From Bacteroidales bacterium (lineage in GTDB: Bacteria; Bacteroidota; Bacteroidia; Bacteroidales; UBA3663): a stretch of 64,000 nt of DNA. Below are positions 14,986-23,087 of this stretch, piece after piece (position 1 is the stretch's first letter; every line of letters begins with the position of its first letter). Below the pieces are notes generated by a model. That model was not told the DNA's origin. It saw nothing but the letters and a program-made list of their open reading frames with translations, and did not search any database. Location of the stretch: positions 35,247 to 99,246 of the forward strand of contig JAILKE010000060.1 in NCBI GenBank assembly GCA_024694125.1, given 5' to 3'. A program made the position numbers and the translations under genes.

Positions 14986-17900
14986 TTATTTCCTCACATA
15001 GTCGGCATACTCGGAGGGCATCATGCCGAACTCCTTCTTGAAGCAGGTGCTGAAGTAACGTGGGTCACTGTAGCCGACGGCATACGCCAGTTCGCTGACA
15101 CGGATGCCCTTCTTGTCATCCAGGATGCGGCAGGCGGCATTCATGCGCACGCCACGGATCAGGGCGGCAAAGCCCATGCCCGTCATGCTCTTGAGTTTGC
15201 GGAAACAGGTCGATTTGGAGATACCCATATCGATGATGAACTGCTGCTGGTCATAGTTCGGGTTGTCCAGATTGTGATTGATCAGTTCCAGAGCCTTGCG
15301 CAGGAACTCCTCGTCACTGCTGTTGATCTCCACATCCTGAGCCTCGAAGACCAGTTTGGTCTTGTCCGACGCCGTCTGTTGCTCCTGCTTGAACTGCTGC
15401 TGCATCTCCTGGCGGGTCTGGGCGATGATGGAAGCCTGTCGCTCCGCCTCACGTTCCTTATCCCTACGCGCACGTTCGAAGACACGCATGCGGAGAATCT
15501 GCATCCGGTGCATGCGTTGCCGCATGAGGTAATAGGTCAGGCACAGCAGGGCGATGCCCAGGAAGACATAGATGACATACGCCCACCACGAACGCCAGAA
15601 GGGAGGTCGGACATAGACCTGCACACGACGTTCGTACTTGCCGTCGGGGCTGCCCAGCACGAATGTATAGTAACCCGGAGTCAGGTTGCTGTAATAGGCC
15701 TTATTGCGCCCTTCCTCGATGTCTATCGGATGGTCGTCGAATCCCTGCATCATATACTGATAGCGGACACGGTCCAGATCGACGTAGTCAAAAGACGAGA
15801 ATACAAAAGTGATAGAGTTCTGGTCGTAGTCGAGGATGAACGACTCCGTATATTCGGGCGACAGAGCCGAGATGTCATTGCGTTTCTGCTCGGGCATCTT
15901 GAACCACGATTCGCCACGGACCAGGAAGTCGGTCAGATTGACCCGCAGGTCGTGTTTGCGCTCCACCACATACTTGGGGTAGAAGGCATTGTACCCCAGG
16001 TTGCCGCCCATATATATACGGCCGTCCGATGCACGGGTGGCTGCATTGCGGTTGAAGATATTGTCCTGCAGACCATCCTCCACCTGATAGCGGCGCACCT
16101 CCGCCACATCGGCATCCGAGTTGAGGTTCAGGCTGACGATGCCGGCATTGGTCCCGAGCCAGAACGAACTGGCAGTCTCCTCGACGATGCTGTTGACCGC
16201 ATCGCCCGGAATCTGCCACTTGCGCTGCAGCGACTCGAAGGTGTCACTGTCCGGCCTGTACAGATGCAGGCCGTAGCTGGAGGTGCCTACCCATACGCGG
16301 CCCTTGCGGTCCACGTGGACACACTGGGCATTGTCCGACTGCAGCAGTCCATTATGGAGATTGTACAACTTGGCAGTCCACACACCGTTGGTCTGCGACA
16401 CCCTTATCACGCCATCGTGCTGCGTAGCCAACCAGATACGGCCGTCGCTGTCCTCCGCCATATTGTATATCACCAAGTCATACAGCGTACGGCTGTCATC
16501 GACGTAGATGGTATCGAGCAACAGATGCGTTCCATCCACCCCGCGTCGGCTGAAGTTGCGTTTGCCACCGAACCACAGGTTGCCGTCATGATCCTCCAAT
16601 ATACTGTATATCAGACCGCTGGTGAGCCAGGGGCACTCGCGCGGGCTATGCTTGGTGACACGCTTACCCTCAGGTGCATCGGGGTCAATCTCCACCACAT
16701 ACATAGAGAGGCACGCCATCCAGATGTGTCCGTCGCGGCGGGACTGGACGATGGACTCAATGGTGGACATCGTCGCATCCTGGGCAAACTCGGGGATGTC
16801 GCGCCACGAGACGAACTGTCCTGTAGTGGTATCGCGCACGATGAAACCCGTAGTGGACAGACCCTCGACGAGTTTGCCATGATTGTCGGACAACAGACTG
16901 CGGCACCCGGTCGTGCCGTGGCGGAACGATACGTCGTACTGCCGATGGACGTCGAACAGATAACCCGAAGGATCGATGGCACACATGCCCTTGCCCTGCA
17001 TACCTGCCCAGTAGAGGCCGTTCCGTCCCTTGCGGAATGCCACGAGCTGTTCGCCGGGATAGACCATGCCGTTCGGATGAGTGACATTGTACGGACGCAA
17101 CGTAGTGCCAGCCTCCTGGCGGGAGTCGAACATAGACAACCCCTTGGGCGTACCTGCAAAGACGAGGTGCGCCTGATGGTCGGCATAGAGCGTATAGATG
17201 ATGTCGTGGTACAGGCCAGAGTTTGCGCGGTCTATCGTGGTATAGCGGCACTGGGCAGGGTCCCATGCCTGTTCCAGCACCTGTATGCCGCACTGCCAGG
17301 AGCCTATCCAGATACGGTGCCGGTCATCCTCGCATATAGACGAAACCGAATTGCGCTCATTGACCCGCGGGTACTCCACTATCTGGCCCGTGCTGCGCTC
17401 ATATCGGAACAATCCCATGTCCCAGGTACCTATCCACACGTCGCCGCGCGAGTCCTGCATCAGGCAGGTGATACCTACCGAGGTCTGACGGTCGGACAGC
17501 GCCTGGGTCAGACAGATGTAGGACTGGTCCGCCGGCCGGTAGAGCCACATGCCATACAGACCGCCCAGCCAGACAGAACCGTCGCTGGAGGTGATGATGG
17601 CCGATACATGTTGCGGCTGCATGGTGCCGGGACTGGTGATGTGCTCCAGCAGGCCCGTCCTCTTGTCATACCGGTCCAGTCCTGCCGTCGAGGCGAACCG
17701 GATGCGGCGGTAGGCATCTTCCGCGACGGACTTTATCTCATTGCCCGATATCATACCCGGGTGATTCAGGTCCGACCGGAACACCTGGTAATGGTAGCCG
17801 TCATACTGGTACAGGCCATTCTGCGTAGCTATCCACAGGTAGCCGTCACTGTCCTGGATGAAACCGCTCACATCCTTGTTCGGCAGGTCCTTCAGGAAAG

Positions 17901-18036
17901 TCAATCGGTTATTGCCGACATCGAAATAGGTTCCTCCTGGCGTCGTGACACGAGGTCCAGCCCCTCCCTGAGACAGGAAGAGGATATGGAACATCAATAA
18001 AAGGACCGCGATGCGGGTCCAGGGACTGTTTCTCAT
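14986..18036 (-). CDS. beta-propeller/Y_Y_Y sensor fused to an AraC-type HTH (HTCS-like but lacking kinase and receiver domains)
   Basis: The periplasmic part has repeated WIGT/WFGG propeller motifs. It is followed by one TM segment (WWAYVIYVFLGIALLCLTYYL), a coiled coil, and an AraC HTH (ISKSTCFRKLKSMTGMGF...GYSDPRYFSTCFKKEFGMMPSEY). The start was set at MRNSPW because the upstream ATG (18093) would include the promoter box. Confidence 0.8.
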   Translation of the reverse strand: MRNSPWTRIAVLLLMFHILFLSQGGAGPRVTTPGGTYFDVGNNRLTFLKDLPNKDVSGFIQDSDGYLWIATQNGLYQYDGYHYQVFRSDLNHPGMISGNEIKSVAEDAYRRIRFASTAGLDRYDKRTGLLEHITSPGTMQPQHVSAIITSSDGSVWLGGLYGMWLYRPADQSYICLTQALSDRQTSVGITCLMQDSRGDVWIGTWDMGLFRYERSTGQIVEYPRVNERNSVSSICEDDRHRIWIGSWQCGIQVLEQAWDPAQCRYTTIDRANSGLYHDIIYTLYADHQAHLVFAGTPKGLSMFDSRQEAGTTLRPYNVTHPNGMVYPGEQLVAFRKGRNGLYWAGMQGKGMCAIDPSGYLFDVHRQYDVSFRHGTTGCRSLLSDNHGKLVEGLSTTGFIVRDTTTGQFVSWRDIPEFAQDATMSTIESIVQSRRDGHIWMACLSMYVVEIDPDAPEGKRVTKHSPRECPWLTSGLIYSILEDHDGNLWFGGKRNFSRRGVDGTHLLLDTIYVDDSRTLYDLVIYNMAEDSDGRIWLATQHDGVIRVSQTNGVWTAKLYNLHNGLLQSDNAQCVHVDRKGRVWVGTSSYGLHLYRPDSDTFESLQRKWQIPGDAVNSIVEETASSFWLGTNAGIVSLNLNSDADVAEVRRYQVEDGLQDNIFNRNAATRASDGRIYMGGNLGYNAFYPKYVVERKHDLRVNLTDFLVRGESWFKMPEQKRNDISALSPEYTESFILDYDQNSITFVFSSFDYVDLDRVRYQYMMQGFDDHPIDIEEGRNKAYYSNLTPGYYTFVLGSPDGKYERRVQVYVRPPFWRSWWAYVIYVFLGIALLCLTYYLMRQRMHRMQILRMRVFERARRDKEREAERQASIIAQTRQEMQQQFKQEQQTASDKTKLVFEAQDVEINSSDEEFLRKALELINHNLDNPNYDQQQFIIDMGISKSTCFRKLKSMTGMGFAALIRGVRMNAACRILDDKKGIRVSELAYAVGYSDPRYFSTCFKKEFGMMPSEYADYVRK

Positions 18037-18072
18037 TTTCAAGATTAGCTGATGGGTACGTTTTAGCTTGGG

Positions 18073-18080
18073 CAAAGATA
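18073..18080 (-). promoter_or_regulatory. -7 box TATCTTTG (minus strand)
   Basis: The reverse complement of CAAAGATA lies about 37 nt upstream of the ATG at 18036. Confidence 0.5.
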
Positions 18081-18139
18081 ATAAAAAAATCAAATAACCG
18101 TAGAAAAAGGCAACAAAAAAGTTGCATTTCAGGCCTCAT

Positions 18140-19234
18140 CTACCCACGGAAGGCCTGCAATGCAGCGATTATGGTGTCAACTTCGGCATCGGTCATGGCC
18201 GGATGACAGGGGATGGAGAGTTCACATGCAGCGATACGTTCGGTAATGGGGAACGACAGATGTGACCACTCGCGGTATGCCTCCTGGCGGTGCGGCGGAA
18301 TGGGGTAATGGGTCAGGGTACGAATATCCTGGCTCAAGAGCCATTGCTGCAGCGCATCCCTATGTTCCGTGATGAGCGGGAAAATGTGCCACACGTGCTG
18401 TGCCCTTGCCTGCGGCATCGTATAGAGCGGATGCTGCACCTGGGCACAATAGCGGGCAGCTATGGCACGGCGTCGCTCATTGCACTGCGCCAAGTGGGGC
18501 AACTTGATGCGGAGCACGGCAGCCTGAACCTCGTCCATGCGTGAGTTGAGCCCCTTGTATCGATGCACATACTTGCGCACGCTGCCGTAGAAGCCCAGTT
18601 GGCGCACCACCGTGAGCAACTCAGCATCGGCCGAGGTCACAGCACCTGCATCGCCCAGCGCGCCCAGATTCTTGCCTGGATAGAAACTCCATGCCTGTGC
18701 ATCGCCCATATAACGGTCTGTCACACCGTGACACTGCGCACAGTCCTCCAGCACCAACAGACCGTGACGCGTGGCAATCTCCATGATGGACTGCATGTCG
18801 CACATCTGTCCGTACAGGTGCACAGGCAATATCACCCGCGTGCGGGCGGTGATGGCATCCTCTATGCGAGTGGGGTCAATGAGATAGGTGACCGGATCGG
18901 GTTCGACCGGCACTGGCACCAGTCCGGCATCGGACACAGCCAGTATGGAGGCGATGTAGGTATTGGCAGGCACGATGACCTGATCGCCCTCCTGCAGGCG
19001 CCCCATCTCTACCCAGGCGCGCAGCACCATACGCAGGGCATCCAGGCCATTGGCACAAGCCACTGCCCCACCCTGTCCATCGGTCAGTCCGCAATAGGCT
19101 GCCCACTCATGCTCGAACGCCTCGACCTCGTGCCCGAACAGATACCAGCCGGACGTGACCACACGCTGCATGGCGGCGGTCATCTCCTGCTCGTAGGGAG
19201 CATTGACACGTTTCAAGGGTAGATAATCGATCAT
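18140..19234 (-). CDS. DegT/DnrJ/EryC1/StrS-family sugar aminotransferase (FdtB/QdtB-like)
   Basis: MIDYLPLKRVNAPYEQEM..., followed by ALRMVLRAW, PANTYIASILAV and LVLEDCAQCHG. The start at 19234 forms an ATGA overlap with the upstream GNAT stop. Confidence 0.85.
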   Translation of the reverse strand: MIDYLPLKRVNAPYEQEMTAAMQRVVTSGWYLFGHEVEAFEHEWAAYCGLTDGQGGAVACANGLDALRMVLRAWVEMGRLQEGDQVIVPANTYIASILAVSDAGLVPVPVEPDPVTYLIDPTRIEDAITARTRVILPVHLYGQMCDMQSIMEIATRHGLLVLEDCAQCHGVTDRYMGDAQAWSFYPGKNLGALGDAGAVTSADAELLTVVRQLGFYGSVRKYVHRYKGLNSRMDEVQAAVLRIKLPHLAQCNERRRAIAARYCAQVQHPLYTMPQARAQHVWHIFPLITEHRDALQQWLLSQDIRTLTHYPIPPHRQEAYREWSHLSFPITERIAACELSIPCHPAMTDAEVDTIIAALQAFRG

Positions 19235-20187
19235 AATGCAAGAAAATAGGTCTGATAGACGACGCCCCGTCCTCCGAGGCTCTCCTTGTAGTGGATGAGC
19301 GAAGCATTGAGCGTGCGTCCGGCATCCTCGTTGCTGGTTCCGAAGTCGAAGTAGCGCACCTCCTCCTCCATCGCATAGACACGCAACAGCGAACCGTACA
19401 GATAGTCCAGCGCGCTGCAGCGCTTGCCCTGTTCCGAGGCACTGCTGTACTGGGTGTGGACCACCTGTCCGGTCTCGTATAGCACCGTGCCGCCCAGCGC
19501 CACGCCCTCGGGACTGCGCACCACGCAACACAGAATCTGGTCGGGGAACGCCTTCTGCAGTCGCTGCATCTCGTCCAACGTATGCACAGGGCTGGCGCCA
19601 TAACGTTGCTGCAGGTTGTCGGTCAAGATGGGCCAGAACTCCGCAAGCGGCACCTCCCAATCGACGGTATAACCCTCGCGCTGCAGACGGCCGAACATGT
19701 TGCGGCGGCAGTACTCCGGGCGGTGCAATGCAGGGTCAGCGTGCAGGTCGATGACCGCCGAGAGATTGCACACCTCGACCTGGGCACCCATCCGCCACAG
19801 CGCATAGAGGTCGTCCTGTGCCGGGGCACGATGATAGATGTGGGGCATCGGTTTGTAGTGCAATGTCCGGAAGCCGGCCGATCGGGCATAATCGACGATG
19901 GCCTGCAGCGCCGTGAGTACATCGGCCGATACCACCTTGGGTGCCACCAGCAGTCCGCCGTAGGTCAGTCCCTGGTGCGACCACAGCGCGCCGTCAGCCT
20001 CATTGGCTGGCAGCACAGCCACCAGTGCCCCCTTGTCATTATAGCAGAGCAACGAGTGGTCCGTAAAGCGGTCACTGTGATAGTCCATATAGGCACGCTC
20101 GAAGAGGAACGTCGCATTGCGCGCCGTCCGGACAAAGGCGTCCCACACGGGAGCATCAGCGGGCGTATATCTCTTTATACTGATCAT
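19231..20187 (-). CDS. GNAT/FemAB-like N-acyltransferase
   Basis: 318 aa starting at MISIKRYTPADAPVWDAFV. I judge the organisation to be a two-lobed acetyltransferase fold (low-resolution call). It lies between the isomerase and aminotransferase genes. Confidence 0.55.
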   Translation of the reverse strand: MISIKRYTPADAPVWDAFVRTARNATFLFERAYMDYHSDRFTDHSLLCYNDKGALVAVLPANEADGALWSHQGLTYGGLLVAPKVVSADVLTALQAIVDYARSAGFRTLHYKPMPHIYHRAPAQDDLYALWRMGAQVEVCNLSAVIDLHADPALHRPEYCRRNMFGRLQREGYTVDWEVPLAEFWPILTDNLQQRYGASPVHTLDEMQRLQKAFPDQILCCVVRSPEGVALGGTVLYETGQVVHTQYSSASEQGKRCSALDYLYGSLLRVYAMEEEVRYFDFGTSNEDAGRTLNASLIHYKESLGGRGVVYQTYFLAL

Positions 20188-20563
20188 AGTCGCGGATATA
20201 ATCGTTTTCGTCGAAGGCGTGGCTCGCCAATACCAGGCACAGGGCACCCGAGGAGAATGAGTGTTCGTGCGCCCAGATGCCAGGTGGCACGAGCAGTCCG
20301 AAGTAGGGACGGTCCAGCGTATATTCGCGCGACTCGTGCCCGTCATCGACCGTCACCTTGAATGCTCCCGATGCTGCGATGATGAACTGCCAGCACTCCC
20401 GGTGGGCATGTGCCCCTCGATCCTTTCCTGCCGGCACGTCGTATATATAGAATACTCGCTTTATATCGAATGGCACCTGCACATTGTTGTATATATAGGT
20501 GAGGTTGCCACGAGGATCTTCCTCCTGGGGTAGCGACAATATCTTGCAATCCGAAAGGGTCAT
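20156..20563 (-). CDS. WxcM-like sugar 3,4-ketoisomerase (FdtA/QdtA-like cupin)
   Basis: DPRGNLTYIYNNVQVPFDIKRVFYIYDVPAGKDRGAHAHRECWQFII is typical of FdtA-family cupins. Confidence 0.85.
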   Translation of the reverse strand: MTLSDCKILSLPQEEDPRGNLTYIYNNVQVPFDIKRVFYIYDVPAGKDRGAHAHRECWQFIIAASGAFKVTVDDGHESREYTLDRPYFGLLVPPGIWAHEHSFSSGALCLVLASHAFDENDYIRDYDQYKEIYAR

Positions 20564-20598
20564 ATCAAAAGGTAGTTTTAAAAGGTATTAAAGGGGAG

Positions 20599-20669
20599 GA
20601 TAGAAGCTATAGAAACTATAGAAACTATAGAAACTATAGATGCTATAGAAACTATAGAGACTATAGAAA
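20599..20669. repeat. 9-bp tandem array CTATAGAAA x7
   Basis: Units begin at 20607, 20616, 20625, 20634, 20643, 20652 and 20661. Five are perfect and two are variant (CTATAGATG, CTATAGAGA). The array fills the spacer between the M23 gene stop (20672) and the ketoisomerase start (20563). Confidence 0.95.
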
Positions 20670-20671
20670 TC

Positions 20672-22030
20672 CTAATGGGACAGCCATGCCTCGGGGTTCT
20701 CGGCCTCGTTACGGCCGAAGATCCAGAACATCAGTTCGGCGCAGTGACCGTCTATGTCCTCCTTGACCCGGCCGATGGACTGGCGCATCTTGACCTTCTG
20801 TCCCTCGCTGACGTGGCAAGCCGAGAGGTTGCTGTACACACTCATATACTCACCGTGGCGGATGATGACCGTCCAGTCCTCGGACGACTTGGCGACACGT
20901 TGTACCGTACCCTCGAAGATGGCACAGGCATGGGCACCTACACCCGTCGAGAGCGTGATGCTGTAGTTACCGTCCTTGGTATAGTGCGACAGGATAGAGA
21001 AGTCCGTATCGACCGGGAAGGGCATGCGGCCCTTGTTCTGGCGGAACGAGCCGGTGAGCTGTACCGATTCCGGCGACGAGTAGTCGAACGCCGGTTTGCT
21101 CTTGCCCGACTTACCGCCGGACTTGCCAGCATCGGCCGACTTGCGGCGCTCCTCCTCGATCATCTTGGTGATGAGGCGCTGTATCTGGCGCTGTTTCTTC
21201 TGGTCGCGTGCCAGTGCGGCCTTCAGTTCACGCTGCTTGGACTTGAGTTTGCGCAGTGCCGTCTCCTGTCGTGCCTGTTTCTTGGCGAGGATATTCTTCT
21301 CCTTCTGCAGGCTCTGCATCACGCGTTCACGTTCCTGGCGTGTCAGGACCAGTTTCTCCTGGACCGACTCGGTGGCCATACGTTGGCGAGCCAGTTGGTG
21401 CGCCTCCTGCTGGCGCCACTTGCTGTACTGGCGCAGATAACGCACACGGCGCATGCTCTGCGCCAGGTCCTGGGCGGACAGGACGAAGAGCCACTCGTCG
21501 TAGCCGCTGCGCCACTTGAAGATATGCTGCACTGCGGCGGCATACTTATCCTGCTTGCCGCGGTACTCCGAACGCAACTGTGCGATGCGGCGGCTGAGCG
21601 AGTCCTCCTCCTGCCGGATGCTCTCTATCTCGTCCTGCATGGATTGGAGCAAAGCCTGTCGCTTGCGTATCTCGTCCTGGCGCAACTTGATGTCACGGCT
21701 CTGGCTGAGCACCGACTTGTCGTTGTCCGTTATCATCCGTTCGGTCGCGGCTATCTGGCGTATCAGCTCGTTCTGTTGTTGTTCGTACTCGGCGCGGCTC
21801 AATTTACGCTGTGGGGTTGTACTCTTGGATGTAGTAGTTTTTTTGGTCGATGCCTTGCTTGATGTGGTCTTTTTCTTGGCCGATGTCTTGCTCTGGGTCT
21901 TGCGGTTGGTCTGCTGGGTACGCCGCGTCTGGGCAGTCTTTTGCTGTGCAGACACGTTGACGGGCACATCCGCCATCGGGCCGACACACAGTAGCATTAG
22001 CAGCAGGAAACGTAACAATCTCATAAGCAA
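20672..22030 (-). CDS. EnvC-like murein hydrolase activator / M23 peptidase-domain protein
   Basis: Signal peptide, then a K/T/S-rich low-complexity segment and a long coiled coil. The C-terminal LytM/M23-like domain is HGEYMSVYSNLSACHVSEGQKVKMRQSIGRV. Confidence 0.8.
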   Translation of the reverse strand: MLMRLLRFLLLMLLCVGPMADVPVNVSAQQKTAQTRRTQQTNRKTQSKTSAKKKTTSSKASTKKTTTSKSTTPQRKLSRAEYEQQQNELIRQIAATERMITDNDKSVLSQSRDIKLRQDEIRKRQALLQSMQDEIESIRQEEDSLSRRIAQLRSEYRGKQDKYAAAVQHIFKWRSGYDEWLFVLSAQDLAQSMRRVRYLRQYSKWRQQEAHQLARQRMATESVQEKLVLTRQERERVMQSLQKEKNILAKKQARQETALRKLKSKQRELKAALARDQKKQRQIQRLITKMIEEERRKSADAGKSGGKSGKSKPAFDYSSPESVQLTGSFRQNKGRMPFPVDTDFSILSHYTKDGNYSITLSTGVGAHACAIFEGTVQRVAKSSEDWTVIIRHGEYMSVYSNLSACHVSEGQKVKMRQSIGRVKEDIDGHCAELMFWIFGRNEAENPEAWLSH

Positions 22031-22049
22031 GTGTGTTATTAATTCAAGG

Positions 22050-22898
22050 TCAATGTTTGAGGTTCTTGAGGATTTCCAACAGTTCGGCGAAGGTCACCTC
22101 ACGATAGGCATCGGTGGCGCGGAATGCCGATCCAGCCTTCTTGCCCAGTGCCGGAGCACTCAGCGTGAGAGTGGCCGACAAGGAGTGGCTGCCCGTTGCC
22201 GTGAGCGTATGCTGGGCAGGGACAGAGGTCTGTTCCAACGTCAGGGGCCCGGCGTACTCCCAGACAAAAGTAGATTCACGGTCCGGCACACGCACCTGCG
22301 TAGCCACCAACTGATTGGCAGCATCCAGCACATACGACAGTTGGTAGCGCTCGGTCAGATAGTCTGCCTGCATCTCGCCACCATCCATGGGGTACCAGGC
22401 GAACTTGGCGAAGTCGCCCTTGGCAGCCTCGCCGGAGCCTGGCAGATACATACGGCCCAACAGCAACGCCTCCAGCGTCTCCAGTCGTGCCTCGTCCTGC
22501 AGACCTATGCGTGCTGCAGCCTCGGCGATGGAGGTCCGGGCATAGACCTTGTCCACCTTATCGACCACCAGCACCTGGTCCGGAGTGGCCTCGATGCGTG
22601 CTACCTCGATACCGAGCACAGTCACTGTGAGCGTGACTCGCTTGCCATGGTCTATGTAGAGGCGACCGCCCAGGCTCTTGCCCTCCATTCCATACTTGAC
22701 CTTAGCCTGCATGGTGGTGTAGGTTGTATTGCGTGCCACGACAGCCTCGTAGCGCGTACGGGCGGTACCGAGCTGTTCCTGGGTCAGACCGCCTGTGCTC
22801 TGCTTGGAACTGCGGCAGGCTGACAGGGGCAACAGGAGCAGCAATAGGCAGAGGCCCTGCAGCAGGTGCAATGTCGTGTGACGGGATATATTATTCAT
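22050..22898 (-). CDS. DUF4292-like lipoprotein
   Basis: The lipoprotein signal is LLLLLPLSAC. The position between the TPR and M23 genes matches a conserved Bacteroidetes cluster (from memory). Confidence 0.55.
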   Translation of the reverse strand: MNNISRHTTLHLLQGLCLLLLLLPLSACRSSKQSTGGLTQEQLGTARTRYEAVVARNTTYTTMQAKVKYGMEGKSLGGRLYIDHGKRVTLTVTVLGIEVARIEATPDQVLVVDKVDKVYARTSIAEAAARIGLQDEARLETLEALLLGRMYLPGSGEAAKGDFAKFAWYPMDGGEMQADYLTERYQLSYVLDAANQLVATQVRVPDRESTFVWEYAGPLTLEQTSVPAQHTLTATGSHSLSATLTLSAPALGKKAGSAFRATDAYREVTFAELLEILKNLKH

Positions 22899-22904
22899 AA
22901 AACA

Positions 22905-23087
22905 ATATTTTAAGGGTTTAAAAGGGTAGGGAAAGGGAGTAAAAAGGATATTAAATGGAGGGAAAAAGATATTAAGGGGAGAGAAAGGGACGTTTGCTGT
23001 TCCTGACTGAAGTTCTCAGAGTATTTTTGTATCGTCCTTGTCACTTCTTTGTCAATTCCTTGTCACTTCCTTGTCACTTCCTTTATA
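22905..23087. repeat. intergenic word arrays: AAGGG/GGGAG words, GGGACG..CGTCC spacer, reverse-complement GTCACTT words
   Basis: taagggtttaaaagggtagggaaagggagtaaaaagg...aggggagagaaaGGGACGtttgctgttcc...tgtatCGTCCttgtcacttctttgtcaattccttgtcacttccttgtcacttcc. The arrays fill the whole spacer between the TPR stop and the DUF4292 start. Confidence 0.85.

Noticed and set aside
14878-18000. 1040-aa plus-strand ORF
   Set aside because: It lies exactly antisense to the well-supported propeller/AraC sensor gene. Its translation is low-complexity (A/G/R/L/V/H-rich) with no motifs, which is typical of a stop-free antisense frame in GC-rich coding DNA.
19235-19660. N-terminal 142-aa extension of the aminotransferase ORF (ORF-track start 19660)
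   Set aside because: The extension is R/G/A-rich and overlaps the GNAT gene in another frame. The conserved DegT N-terminus MIDYLPLKRV begins at 19234 and forms an ATGA junction with the GNAT stop.
20675-22823. Plus-strand ORFs 20675-21862 (395 aa) and 21516-22823 (435 aa)
   Set aside because: They are antisense to the EnvC-like and DUF4292-like genes. They are low-complexity with no start context. The same reasoning applies to 23049-23861, 23985-24950 and 24833-25636 opposite the TPR and radical SAM genes, and to 25920-27029 opposite hflX.
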